NCBI RefSeq assembly: GCF_009914755.1
Contig: NC_060925.1
Source of the DNA: the human T2T-CHM13v2.0 reference genome, Homo sapiens
Direction: 5' to 3' (one strand)
Length of the DNA: 64,000 nt
Shown here: piece by piece, positions 35,034 through 55,300 of the stretch
How positions within the stretch are numbered: the stretch's first letter is position 1
Layout of the letters: the number at the start of each line of letters is the position of its first letter
The notes under the pieces: model-generated
Databases searched by the model: none
Told to the model about the DNA's origin: nothing
What the model saw: the letters and a program-made list of their open reading frames with translations, nothing else
Made by a program: the position numbers and the translations under genes

Positions 35034-35755
35034 AAGAATACTTTACTAAAGTTTTTTTTGCCTCAGAAAACAAAAGACTCTTTTATCACCTGAGGTCCCG
35101 TCACTTCTTTAAAGTTTAGAGTGACTTTTTTTGATGTCTACTTTACTACCAACTTGCTTCATTGCCCCAAGTACTCTTATAGGGGGAGGTGCACTGGAGT
35201 CAGGAACCCTGACATCTCAGTGCTGTTCTTAACTTGCCCCATAGTCTTTGAAGGAGTAGAGTGTGGTGGAAAAAGAATGGGTCCAGGAGTCAGGACACTT
35301 GGGACCTTGTCCCAAGCTGGCCTGTTTTTAGTAGGGTGAGTTTAGGCTAATCACTTCCCTTCAAATGAGGCTTAGTAAGGCCTGGTTCCTTTCAGCAGGT
35401 GCAATCTGTTCAACCAGTACTGTGCTTAAAGAAGCCATGCAATTTAGCAGAAAGAAAAAGTTGTCTACAGGTCTACCTGCTGAACAAATTCCCACACTAT
35501 ACAACTTGGTCTTGGTCCTGAATGGCTGTTGGTATTCTGATTTTAAAATGGATTAATGGAAAACTTTTCTGAGACCAAACATTTTATCCTGTTATCATGT
35601 AAGAAACCAAAGTATTTTCCCCTACACTGAAATACCTACTAAAACCTAAAATATTTGTATCTATAAAAGGTGATTTTAAAAACTCCAACCACCATACTAT
35701 TTCATACCTAAACCATCAAACCAGTGTTAAATTTCCTTAATGGTATTAATTTTAC

Positions 35756-36032
35756 TTTTTTTTTTTTTTTGACATGGGGTCTCGCTGTTGCCCAGGCTGA
35801 AGTGCAGTGGTACAAACTCTGCTCGCTGCAGCCTCTGCTCCAGGGTCCAAGCGATTTTCCTGCCTCAGCTTCCTGAGTAGCTGGGATTACAGGCTTATGC
35901 CACCACGCCCAGCTAATTTTTGTATTTCTAGTAGACAGGTTTTCACCATGTTAGCCAGGCAGGTCTTGGTGACCCGCCTGCCTCGGTCTCCCAAAGTGTT
36001 GGGATTACAGGTGTGAGCCACCACATCTGGCC
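35756..36032 (-). mobile_element. Alu with internal deletion
   Basis: Alu reverse strand lacking the ctcgaactcctgacctc segment. Confidence 0.9.
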
Positions 36033-36389
36033 CAATTTTACATTTTTTTGAATCATTATCCAAATAGGGTCCAAACATTGTGTTATGTGTCTCTTAAGTC
36101 TCCTTTATAAGCTCCCATTCTATCTGTTTCCCTTGTAATTTATTGAAGAAACCAGGTCATTTGCCTTGGAATTTCCTCTCAATATGGCTGATTGAAGTCC
36201 CACTGTATTTTAAAAACATGTTTCTGTATTCTCTTATTTCCTATAAAATCATAGGTATATCTGGAGAGTTGATTAGATTTGATTTTTGGGCAATACTTCA
36301 CATAGAATGTTAGTGTTCTACAAAGTAATTGAGAAGAGTTCACATGTTCAGGTCTTTATAAAATAATAAAAATTGGATTTTATCACATA

Positions 36390-36395
36390 TTTATT
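36390..36395 (-). terminator. MAGOH poly(A) signal AATAAA
   Basis: TTTATT on +, ~100 nt after the stop. Confidence 0.8.
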
Positions 36396-36491
36396 AAAGA
36401 CAATCATTTATAGTTCATAAAAAAATACTGCCCTGATATACACAAAATTTTCTACTCCCACCCACCCCCCATGTCCACACCAATATTCAGT

Positions 36492-36591
36492 CTAGATTGG
36501 TTTAATCTTGAAGTGTAATCCAATAAGACTGAAGACCAAACACTTCAGGTCCTGGACAAGATAATAAAATACTCGTAAGCCTTCTGGATCC
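36492..36591 (-). CDS. MAGOH: MAGOH exon 5 (stop TAG; total CDS 441 nt, 146 aa)
   Basis: [32 protein letters not shown]. Confidence 0.99.
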
Positions 36592-36975
36592 CTAAAATAC
36601 AAAAGGAAAAAAGTTTAGGCATTAAAACTTTGACCCATCAAGTGTCCCTAAAAAGGAAAAGACTATATATTAAAACGGTATATTATGAGGTAATTTAAAT
36701 ATGCTGAGTTTTTAATATAGGGAAATGCTTACATTAAGTGAAAAAATATAATTAAAATAACAATTATTAATCTCAACTGTATTTTTTATGCTTCTTAAAA
36801 AGTATATATTGTATTAATGCATAGAATAAATGCATTAAAGACTAAAAAGAAATACTGCAAGATATTAATAATGGTTGTCTGATTGATAAACTTGTGGATG
36901 ATTTTCCCCTTTCTACTTTTCTACATTTCCTGTATTTTCTACAATGAGCATGTATTACTTTCAGAGTTAGAAAAC

Positions 36976-37916
<941 letters not shown>

Positions 37917-38318
37917 TTAGATCCTAAAAAATGTCAAGTTTCACTGAAGTCAGATTTTAAGATGTGCCAGTCTCAACAGTCACACTGAGAAAGCTATTCA
38001 GACTCGGTGACTCTACAGTTTATCATGAGCACTTTTTTGGCATATTCCATTTTTTCTTCTGGCTGCTCCTATGCATTAATCTATATGTGTGTGTCAACAA
38101 GAAGCTCGCAGTAGCAATGGCTGAATGAAACACCAAAAGTAATAGGAGCAAGTCCTCAAAAACAATTTGGGGTTCCTCCCTAACAAGAAGGACAAAGCTG
38201 CCCACCTGCATTTTGCATTTGCCCCAGCTCTTCCCATAATGGTCCCAATTTGGTTAAGGTTTCTTATCAATCTGCTCCAAAACAGACACAACTGGATATA
38301 AGGATCATGCACACTTAC

Positions 38319-38401
38319 TTGGATTGATTGACATCAATAAGGGAACCAATTTTTGATGTTGTAAAAGAAATGTGTTCATCTCCAATGACGATTTCAAGCT
38401 C
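38319..38401 (-). CDS. MAGOH: MAGOH exon 4
   Basis: ELEIVIGDEHISFTTSKIGSLIDVNQS(K); 83 nt; AG/GTAAGT. Confidence 0.99.
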
Positions 38402-38643
38402 CTAGAAACATTTTAGAAAATCGAAGTCAAGTAGAATTGGATTATTCATCAAGCACACAGAAGGATTAATCATTTGCCAAATCACACAAACTTGACTACA
38501 GATGGCCACAAAAACAAGGGCAGTTCACTCTGAGCACTAAACTGTGCTGGGCACTAGAAACAAGAGATAAATACAGCTCATATTTAGAAGAAGTTGTACC
38601 CTTAAGGCCCTACCATTTCTCAGATTTGGAAAAATCTATGTAG

Positions 38644-40185
<1,542 letters not shown>

Positions 40186-40199
40186 TAGACGTGGTAGTG

Positions 40200-41490
40200 T
40201 GCTTTAAAATTTTTACAAAATGGTCTTATTATACATACTTTTTACATTTTTCATTCCACATTGTTTTCGAGATTTATCAATGTTGAGTTACACAGATCTA
40301 GCTCATTAGTTTTAAATGCTTGTGGTATTCCATTTCCCTACTGAAATAAACTTAAGTTTTAAATTTTTATTCCTATAAACAATGTAGCAAGAATATTCTT
40401 CTATACATCTCCTTGTACATGTGAATATGTCTCCATATAATTCCTAGTATTTTAAATGCTGCCAGATGCCACAAAATTACTCCCTAACGCGGTTATACTA
40501 ATTTTATTCTCACTCTTTTCTCATATCATTTTTTAAATTCGGCAGATTTTTTTCTGTTGTTATTCTAATGGGTCTGAAATGGTATCTCACTGTTGTCCTT
40601 TCATTTTACAAATGAAGCCGTAAATCTTTTCATATTAGCCACTTGTTTGATCTTGTAAGTTATCTATTCATAACCTTTGCACATTCTGCCACGGGACAGT
40701 CTTTTTATTAATTTGTAATTCTTTATATATTCTGGATGGAGAACTCTTGCCAGTTTTATGTTTTGCAGATAACTTCTTCCAGTCTATGGCTTATCTTTCA
40801 ACTTTATCTTGCCATCTTTTGTCAAACCTAAGTTGTAAAGAAGTCAAATTTACCAATCTTACCCCTTAAGGAGTTTTAAAAACTCCTTCTCTACCCAGAA
40901 ATAATACAAGTCTGTATTCTGTTTAAAATTTTTGATTTCTATGGCCTAATTTTAAAAATATTCCATAAATACATTGTCAGCTGTCCTGGTACAATTTGTT
41001 AAATAATTCGTTCTTTTCCCATTAATGTGAAAGTCCACCTCTGTAGCACACTTTTCTAAGTTTCCATATATTCATAGGTTGGTTTCTGGGCTCTCTATTC
41101 TGTTCCATTGGTTTAGCTGTCAATTCCCGAGGCAATATCATACTACAAATGACCACAGCTTTGTAAGAAATTTCCAGTATTATTTTGGCTACTCTTGCCT
41201 CTGATTTTCCATGAATTTAATGCTCATTCTATTTGATTCTAAAGGGAAAAAAATCCTACTGCGATTTTTATTTGAATTAAGAGTGAATTTATAAATTACT
41301 TTGTTGAAAACTGACATCTTTATGATACTGAATCTTGCCATCCACAAAAACGATACATATTTTTGTCCTTCTATAAAGCCCTTTCAAGTTTTGTACATCT
41401 TGTTAAATGCATTCCCAAGTTCTTTATAACTCTTCTTGCAATTATTAATGGAATTGATTTTAATTACAGTATCCAATGGCTTATTGCTGG
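40200..41490 (-). mobile_element. Old L1 (L1M) fragments
   Basis: T-rich L1 ORF2/3' reverse motifs (tctgggctctctattctgttccattgg; actgacatctttatgatactg). Confidence 0.75.
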
Positions 41491-41734
41491 TACAAAGGAA
41501 TATGCCCTTCCCTCTTTACAGAATTGTTGTGATGGTAGAACGAGTTAATAGAAATAAAAATTTTATAAGTGGTAAAGCAAAATACATATATATGATATTA
41601 CTGAGCTCCCTTGAACATAAATTAAAGTTAACTTTAGTAAGTACTGAGGGTGGATTTTTAAAAAAAACTCTTCAAGGGTTGGTCCATCATTTTGAGATTA
41701 TTAGGAATGAGTTTATATGGGTTTTCATATTAAT

Positions 41735-42680
<946 letters not shown>

Positions 42681-42987
42681 CTGTTAATTCAGTTCAATAT
42701 GACAGTGGCTTTTATTTTTTAGTTACCAAAATGGTGCTCAGAATGAATATATACATTAATGTATATAAATATACATGAATTTAAATACATACACTGAATT
42801 ATTTGTATGATTTTCCTTTCATTAGATTGTTGAAATAATTATGTTCTATTTCTCTTTGTATCTCCACAATGCTTTGTCCATAGTAGTTAGTAAGTGAGAT
42901 AGCCAACAAAAGCTTTAAGTGGAGGAGGGAGTGTGGGGGGTCTTATTTGTAAGATTTCTGCACTACAGGATAATCAATAAAACACAC

Positions 42988-43098
42988 CTGCCGGCCCACT
43001 CGGTCAGGAGGAGGCCACAATGCATCATCCTCTTTGGTAATTTCACTGTCGTCAATTATTCTCTTCAGTTCCTCCATCACGCTTTTATGTACATAAGC
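42988..43098 (-). CDS. MAGOH: MAGOH exon 3
   Basis: [37 protein letters not shown]; 111 nt. Confidence 0.99.
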
Positions 43099-43404
43099 CT
43101 GAACGCAAGTTAAAAAACAAAATGTATGTTGTATCCTTAAGCAGTGCTTTGACTCAGATAGTGATGGAAGATAAAAATAACTGTTCCTGCAGACTTATTT
43201 CTGGCATCTCCTTAAGTGGGAAGACATTCATGCTCAACCTCGGCATGATGCAGGTGAGGGACACGGTCAGAAGTATCCAGTAACTGCACCTCAGTCCCCT
43301 ATCTAGCTGTTACTACCTCCTGGTACATCCTGTTCACATGGCCCTTCTGCCTGCCCACATACCCAACTCACAACGAAACCCAAAACAGGTCTGTGAGTGC
43401 CCCC

Positions 43405-44120
<716 letters not shown>

Positions 44121-45023
44121 AGTTATTCTTAACTAGGTAATACACTCCTGAGGAGCAAAATGTATTTTAAAAGATATGCCTGTGTAAAAAAATAGTGAGG
44201 ATATTGACATGTGTGAATAAGCATAAAATCAATAGCTAAAATAACAATATGAAAATATATGCTAAGACATTTTCAAAGGTGGCAAAGTGGTTAAAAGGAA
44301 AGAGTAGCTTTGATGAAGCCTTAATGATGTAGTAGAAATCACAGAACGGAGAATACAAACTTTACTGGGGCAGGATTGGGAATTCCTGCTGTATCTCTTA
44401 CTAGCAGGGGTAACTCAGAACAAGCCTCATAATTAATACCTGGGCCTTTATTTTCTTATTTGTAAGGGGGCTATAATACCCTCCCCCATCACATGGGCTT
44501 ACAATCAGGGTTAAATAAGATGCCACGCCTGACATCTAACATGCATTCAATGATGTCAACTGCTTTCCCATGCTCCCTTTCCCACTCAGATGTAAATTAA
44601 ATAGCTCTTCATTGTGTACCATGTACACAGGGAATATAGAGCACTTTAAATAGAACATATTTAATTTTATGACAGCACTTGGGAGTGGGAGGTAGCTTTT
44701 ATTATTCCTGTTTTTACAGGTGAAGAAACAGAGATTTATCAAGTTCAGCCAGGAACTTGCCCAAGGTCACATGGGGTAGTAAGCAGCAGACTCAGGGTTC
44801 AAACCAAGGTATGTCAAAGGTTACCAGTAATTGATTCCACAATGTAAAATAAAAAAATCCCAACTAAAAGATGATTTGGGAAATAATCCAGAAGCTGTCT
44901 ACAGACATGTGTCTCTCTCCCTGTTCTTTATCTTTCAATACTACTAGAAACAATAAAAACAATGCAAGACAAAAAGCTGAAATGTAGCAAATGAAGGACT
45001 CTCAGAAGGCAGAAGGCTCATAC

Positions 45024-45082
45024 CTCTTTTCTGATCATGACATCATTCTTGTAATTGCTGTTGTTGGCATATCTTAACTTCC
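45024..45082 (-). CDS. MAGOH: MAGOH exon 2
   Basis: (G)[19 protein letters not shown]; 59 nt; AG/GT. Confidence 0.99.
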
Positions 45083-46396
45083 CTGTGGGGGCAAAAAACA
45101 ATTTCAACGTATAATAAAAACATATGAATAAAGCATCAATACCATGCCAAGGCATCAGCAGTTGCCCAAAATGTATCTAACTTGCTAAAAGTGTCTAACA
45201 GATTTATTATTTACTCTTAAGGTATTTCAACAATACTAGTCTTTTCAGTTCTTCACTTCAGGCTTAAACAGCCAAATATACAGCTGAAACTCAACTACTG
45301 CAAAAAGCAGCTCAGGTGGGGTATAAACACAGGCAGGCTCTTTTCTGACTTTGTCGAATCACATTTTTGCAGGTGAATGTCCTGAAAACAGGCCTAGTAA
45401 CTGATAACTTACCGACACATAGGACCTCCTGAGGCTCAAATGAGCTGTGAAAACATTTTGAAAACTGTAGGATGCAGTTTACATATATTATCATGTGACT
45501 GTGCCATACTCTATTTCTGTGATGGAGAAGCTGCTGCTTTTATCACTGAGCACATTTGGTACACAAGACCCTTTGCCCATGTGTGCATCTGACAGATTAA
45601 TGGTGGGGATGAGGAGAAGACAGAAGGAAATAGAAGACATGTAGACTAGAAGACATACATGTGAGATGAGCCCAGTGAATTTATTCCAACAGCCTCTGTG
45701 CTGTCTCTCTGCCTCAAGTTTCTTCACATTCAGTTCACTGTCCATACAGTGGACAAGGTGATGTGGTAACAGATCTATCAGATTAGGTTACTCTAATACT
45801 TTGATAAAGTCAATGGCTTTCCACTGCCTTCCTGGTAAAATCCAAACTCCTCAACATGGCATACAGCTAAGCTAAGCCCCTGCCTGCTTTTCCAGCCTCA
45901 TTCCTGCCAATATTCTTCTCTCACACAGCTGAAGTCAAACTACTTGGTTTCTGCCTGAAACATCCCAAGCACTTTTTGGTTTTCAGCTTCTTTGCATGCT
46001 GTCTAAAATGCCTTCTTGACTCTTCTTCGTCTCCTAACCAATTCCTCACATCCCCTCCTCCCATCATTTTATGTAGGAAGCCTCCTCTGACCCTCAGGCT
46101 TGGTTAGGTGCACCCTTCTCTGCTGCGAGCCTCCTCTGTTTCTTTTTACCACAACACCTAATGTGCTGTTTTATCACTGCTTACAAATCTATCTCCCTCA
46201 CAGTCGAGGCCTGTCAGATTCATCTTTGTGCCCCACTTAGTGGATGTCTTCTGTCATCTTTGATTGCTCTTTCCTTCACCACAGTGCCTCTGCCAACAAA
46301 ATCCTATCAACGATCAAAGTCCAGTTGGTTCTGCCTCCAACAGTTTCCTAAATCTTTCTCTCCATTTCTACTATCTCTGTAGTCCCAACCAGTATC

Positions 46397-47177
<781 letters not shown>

Positions 47178-47729
47178 TTACCGTGGTCTATAAAGACCTA
47201 AGAGGTGCCGCTCCTACCTACCTATCCGACATCATCTCCTGCTATCTCCCAGCTCACCACTCTTCAACCACACTGACCACCTGAGACACGCCTAGCTCAT
47301 TCCCGCCCTGCAGCCTTGACATCTGGTATTCCCTTTGTGTAGAATGGTCTTCCTTATGAGCTTCACAAGGCTGAGCCCTTCTTGTTAATTAGGACTCGGC
47401 TGCAATATACCCTTTACAGAGAGCTCTCTAATGGCCAACCTATCTAAAAGCAGCCCATCCAGCAATTATTCTACCATGTTATTTTTTGACCACTCACTGC
47501 TATCTGGAATCATCTTTTTGTTTATGATCTCTCTCCCGGCAGTAAAACACAAGTTCCACGAGAGGGGAAGTTTGTCTACCTTCGCTGCCGTATTCCCAAA
47601 GAGTGGAACAGAGCCTGGCACACAGTGGGCGTTCAGTCAACGTTTGCTGAATGGATAGAAAGACCCCGTGGAGCAGACACAGTGGCGTTCCTTTAAGATC
47701 TGCACTGCACAGGTCTCAGTCCCTCCCTC

Positions 47730-48440
47730 CTCTAGTTCCCCACAGATTTCCGACCCTCGGCCTCCCCACTCGCCGGCCCCCAGGCCTGGTCCCCGCTCCC
47801 GGCGGGCGGCAGGCTGCTTTTACCGTCCGGTCGAAACTCAAACTCCAGGAACTCGTGGCCGAACTTGCCCTTGTGCCCCACGTAGTAACGCAGATAAAAG
47901 TCACTCTCCATGGCTCCCAAAAGACAACCGAGCCTGAACTTCCAAGAGCAAGCCGCACTGCCGCCGTCTGCGCCCGACACTGACGTTTGCGGCGGCGCGC
48001 GGAAGTGACGTCAGGTCCCGTCGTCGCTGCGTGGAGGGGTTCCTTCTCGCTAACCTCTTCGCCCGGAAGTGGCAACAAGACTGCAACATCCCCTCACGCC
48101 TAGTCTGTAAAGAACTTTGTTTAACCCGGAGGCGGGGCCAGCCAGCTCCGCCCCTCCAGCTGGACGCGGGAGCGAGGTTGAGGTTCATACCCCTGGGTTC
48201 TCTCCAGGCCTGAGGCGGAGAGCCAGCCGCCTGCCTACCTCTGGGCTTTGAACCCCGGGTCTGGTGACTTCGCTTAAAGACCTCGGGCCGAAGGCCCGCC
48301 AGGCTCAACCTCGGTTCACAGGACCCCCGACTTGTGTGAGTCGTACACCGCTCTTTACCGTCTCTGGACCTAGGTCATCTCGGCAGTAAAATGGGGTGAA
48401 ATGACCCGACCTCCCCGGAGGATGCCGCGCACGATGTGTG
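47730..48440. promoter_or_regulatory. MAGOH CpG-island promoter (likely bidirectional)
   Basis: CpG rich; CGGAAGTGACGTCA (ETS-CRE) 48000-48013; CCGGAAGT 48063-48070; GC box ~48131. Confidence 0.9.
47824..47911 (-). CDS. MAGOH: MAGOH exon 1; exon-junction-complex core protein mago nashi homolog
   Basis: GCC-ATG-G; [29 protein letters not shown] (MES start distinguishes it from MAGOHB); 88 nt. Confidence 0.99.
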
Positions 48441-48669
48441 CCTCAAGTTGGCTTCCACTGACCTGAACTGTTAAGAAAGCCCTCCTCAGTGACGCCTTCC
48501 CTGAATCCACAGTGGAGATTGCCGTTTTCCTGGAACTAATTCACCCACACTTACCCATTTCATCCCTTTCCACCTTTTATTTCTACCTTTCTGCCCCACT
48601 GATCTCTAGAATAGGTGCTGGGAGACGTTAGAGTATTTGATCTCCCACTCCCCAGTCATCCCACTTACC

Positions 48670-48835
48670 GAGCAGTAATTCTCTGCCTGGCTGCACATTG
48701 CAATCACTTGGGAAGCCTCTAAAAATACTGATGCCAGGGCTCTACCCCAAGCCAGTTAAAATCTCCAGCGCTGGACCTGGGCATTGGTACTTTTTGTAAA
48801 GCTTTCAGGTGAGTCAGAGTTGAGGACCACTGACC
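48670..48835. mobile_element. MER5A-like hAT MITE
   Basis: agcagtaattctc...tggctgcacattgcaatcacttgggaagc...ttgaggaccactg. Confidence 0.75.
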
Positions 48836-49099
48836 AAAGAGGTCCTTTCTTTTCAGGGTAAAGTTGTCCTCTGTGAAGCCTTTCTGGCTCTGGAAAAAAT
48901 TTACAGTTGAGTAGGCCCAGGGCAATCAAGATCATAATTATGTAATAGGAACCTGCTTTCACTCTTCTAAGTTCCAGGCTTAGAAAGAATGAATGGTTCT
49001 AGAGACAGTGCCGAGATGACATCATTCTTGGGTCCTGGCGGCTAGAACTGTATACGATTCTGTAAGTTGGGACAGCAGTCTCTGATTCCTATTCCCAGT

Positions 49100-51178
<2,079 letters not shown>

Positions 51179-51819
51179 TTAAGGGGTAGGCAAAGGATAC
51201 TAAGATGTGGCCAGAGAGATAGGAGAAAAAACATGAAATGTTATCATGGAAGCCAAAATAAGAATATGCCAAGAAAAGAGTGGCTAACAGTGTTAACTAC
51301 TGCTTCCAGGTCAAGGAAGAGCAAGACTGAAAATGTTTACCAGATTTATAATCGAGGAGGTCCTGGATGACCTTGGCAAAAGCAACCCCAATGGCATGGG
51401 AATGAATGGTAAGGCAGAAGTATTGGGATGCAAGTAGGCAAAAATTGTTATCGAAGTACAGAGGTGAGTTATCTAACCTAGTCTTAGAGAAAAGGGAAGG
51501 CTTCCTGGAGGAGGCATTACCTAAGTGGAGTACTCAAGGACAAATAGGAGTTAGTCATGTGGAGGCAGAGAAGGAAAATTTAGGCAGAGAATGCTACATG
51601 TACAATTGCTCTTTGGGGGCACTAAAAATAACCTTGTGACTTTGGGCAGTTACTTTGCCCATTTTCTCATCTATAAAATGGGAGTGGATAGTATTGATAG
51701 TATTTATCTCACCGAATTGTTGACAAAGATTGGGATAATTTATGTAGAATACTGGTACACATTAGGGACTCAGTAATAGTTCACTCCCCCTCATTAAAGT
51801 ATTACAATGAAACAAAACT

Positions 51820-52299
51820 TAAAAGATTTTTTTTAAATGAATTTAATCTCTCTCTAGAAACAGTGCACTGATTTTACAAATGTCCACATTTGGTTTTCAG
51901 TTTACCAAGATGATGCCAGTATAGCTAGTGAGATGCAGCACCCCATCCTCAGCCCCCTCGCCTCTGGAAGAGACACCAGACTGCAAAGGGCACCGCGTAC
52001 AGAAGCTAACGGAACTTGAATGACAAGACAAAAAGAGCAGAATCAGTTAGTGTGACACAACATTCTAACATGCCTGATTCTTACATCAAATATGGTAACT
52101 TTGGGGTTGGTAGGGGGAGACAAACAAGGAGAATCCACTTGGGAACAATTTGATGAAGTTTGCAAATCAGCACTTTACCCCCAAATTAACAACAGCTTGT
52201 ATGGAAAAAAAAATGCTCTTTTAAAAGTATATGGTTTGGACAGGTATATTTGTTTTCTCTTGTAGTTTTTGTAAAAAAGTATCAAAACCTTGGCTTTAA

Positions 52300-52343
<44 letters not shown>

Positions 52344-55300
52344 GTGGCTTTTTAAAAATTACTTTTTTATAGCACAAAGTGTTTGTAAATGCAGAGGGTT
52401 TCTGCTAATTCTTGACTGTGCACATGGTGCATAGCCTGAATGAACAGAGCTTCCTGATTTTTTTTTAACTGAAAAATTGAAGCAGTAATTCTTTAACCTT
52501 CTAAATTCTCCATACCCTAAAAATACAGTGTGAGAAGTCTGTTACTCTATCTTCATGCATTTCGGGAAAAGGAATTATTTACTCTGAAACATTTAATGCT
52601 AACTCATTTATATTTTGTGAAACGATGAGTGTATGGCTGGAGTTCGGGTGGTAGGGTGGAGAGGCTTGCATTCCTGTGCCATTTCCCCATTCCCACCAGT
52701 GCCCAACTGGACAGTGATTAGTATCCCCTCTCCAGACTCAACGTCTTCAACATTTTCGTTTTTCTTTCTCACAGTTGAGAAAATCTAAGAGGCTCTCGAC
52801 AACATGGCATGCATCTGTGAAAATCCCACTGCCCTTATATTAGTCTTCATTGACCATATAAAAAATCTTTGACTCAAATATATGAAAAGCAGTCAGCATT
52901 TCCCTTTGGCCACTGGAAAGCTTGAGGCTGAATAATATCAGTTCTGCAAAGTGCTGGCAATGCATCCTAATGAATTTTCCATGATGCATGTAGTGCCTTG
53001 TACACAATGATCAAGAAATGCTTCATTGAATCAGAAATTAATCTATTTTATAAAGTGCTTACATTGAATCTCTTTCCATACAGCCTCATTTCTTGCCCCC
53101 CTTGAGCCTTTTGTTCCTGTTAGAATGAACTGTGCAATTCCTAAAGTCCCTGTGCTCTTTCATACCTCTGTGTTTTAGCTCGATGTGTCTCTGTCTGAAG
53201 CAGCTTGGAATCCCCTTCTTAATTTTTAAGACTTAAGGTCACTTCTATGATGACCCTATTCCTCATTTCTTAGGTGGAAAGACCCCTCTCTCCTTTGAGC
53301 CCTAACAGTGCTCTGAATAGAATCAATGCCTTTTTTGTTTCCACATATATCATCCTCCACTGCTACTGTGAACTCTGTAAAGTCAGAACATGTGTGACTG
53401 ACCTTTACATCTGCAGTGCCAGGTGTGTAGTTGGTATCTAGTGAGTGGTTTTAGTGAATGAATATACTGCAGTCATACTGAGATAACTGGAGGGATCAAT
53501 AGGACTTACTGCCATACATTTAAATCCGATCTCATTCTCTTTTTGCCAGTTAACAGGTTACTTCAATCTGTTTTATAAATAATCTGTGTATCAAGAGTAA
53601 ATAAGTACAGTTTCGTTTTCTCTGTTTCTAGAAGGCATTTCAGTTAGTGCCTTTGTAATTCCACTGGAGGAAAGGTAGACCATAGTATAGGTAGCAGGTT
53701 TGATACAATGTTCAGGCAGCCCAAAATAGTCTTCCTGCAGAAGGAAATGGAGGAAACGCACTGGGACTGGCTTCTGATAAATTTTCTGCCCCCTTGGCAT
53801 TGTCTCTGAGCTTCCTTCCAGCTCTATAGTCCAGTGACTCTGTGATCTGTGATTGGCTGTAGATAGCTATGCACGGGGGCAAAAGGCAAAAGATATGTAA
53901 CTGTACCTCAAAATGAGGCTGAAAAGCCTCTATGAATGGGGGAAGGTGGATCTGACTCCTCAGGTTTCATCTTATTTACTGCCGTCCAACACATGAATAT
54001 ATCACAATTTGTTTCTTGTAAAGGGTTGCTCCCATTGCTGCCTCTTTCAAACTGCAGTTGTAGCATATGCAGGAAACATGAATGTCTCTGAGAAAAAGTT
54101 GTGAATTTCATTGTCATTTTGAGATCTCAGGCTGTATGTCCAGACCCCATTCATCATTTTTTTCTGTGAATGCCAGGATCTTACTGAAAGTTTAGAAACT
54201 ATGCCTTAGCCACTGTTATCATTTAATTCCTTGGAAAATTCAGTTTCTTTGGAAGGTTACAGAAAAAGTCACTTGTTTTGAGTACATTTCCATGTTTTTC
54301 ACTGTCATCATTTTTCTTCAGTCAAAAATAATTTTACTTTCCGTTCTTAAAAGAATAGTAATATGTGAGTAAGCTCCATAGGAGTTGGCCACCTGTTCTT
54401 AAAATTCTGTTTGGTATTGGTCATTCTAGGTCAACTGCATTTACCCTCTCAATGAATGTTTCAGGACTATCAACACATGCATGTCATGAGGAGATTGCTG
54501 GATTATGCAAAACACACTGCCCAAGCTCCAGAATATAGTTATTTTCTTAGAGTTTAGGAGGCCAAGAGTGACACAGAGGAAGGTCCTAGGTACAGGATGC
54601 TAGAACTCCAGAATGTCTGACTGAAAATTCAAAGGGTATCAAGCTGGTGAGACATCCAACTTCATTGAGTTGGGGGCATCTGGCAGGTAGGGATGGGAAG
54701 GCATTTGCTTAAGTGTGTCAAGTTCCAGGTATGATGAGATTAGATGCAGCTCCTCTGCTCCTACTTAAGTCAAACACTTCCATGTTGCACCTTGTCCCTG
54801 GTTGTCTAGTGGGAGTAAGTGGCAGAACAGCAGAGTTAAGAAACTCAAACTCTTTCTCTTTGGATGGGAAAGCCACTGGGGACTGAATCCTTCTGGGACT
54901 ATAGGATTATGTTTCCAATGGGAGACCCCACAAGTAGAAAAGAGCACTTCTCCCTTCCTCCCCCAAGGCCAAGAAAAGCAAAGAAGATGTCTATAATGAA
55001 GAACATCTATACATATACCCGGAGTTTTTCCTTTTATTTACAAAGCAGTAAACCAAATTCCTGTGTGAACATAAATATCCAATATAATATAATATTGCGT
55101 ATGCCATTTCCCCCCTCAAATATGACTTCAATTTTGGCCAGTTGTTCTGACTTAAGCCAAAAATTAGTTTCATCTATATGAACATATGATGGTAAGTAAC
55201 CTATTTATTACCTTAAAATGTTTCCCCACATAAAGGAAATGGTAGAGAGTAAGGGGAAAAGAGAAATAAGAGATGTGATAAAACCTATTCCACCATCTTT

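Noticed and set aside
38206-38275. Possible cassette exon in MAGOH intron 4
   Set aside because: The upstream intron would be only ~45 nt, too short, and the donor GTGGGC is weak
47912-47980. GTG-initiated N-terminal extension of MAGOH
   Set aside because: The start probably lies at or upstream of the TSS, and the main ATG has an optimal Kozak context
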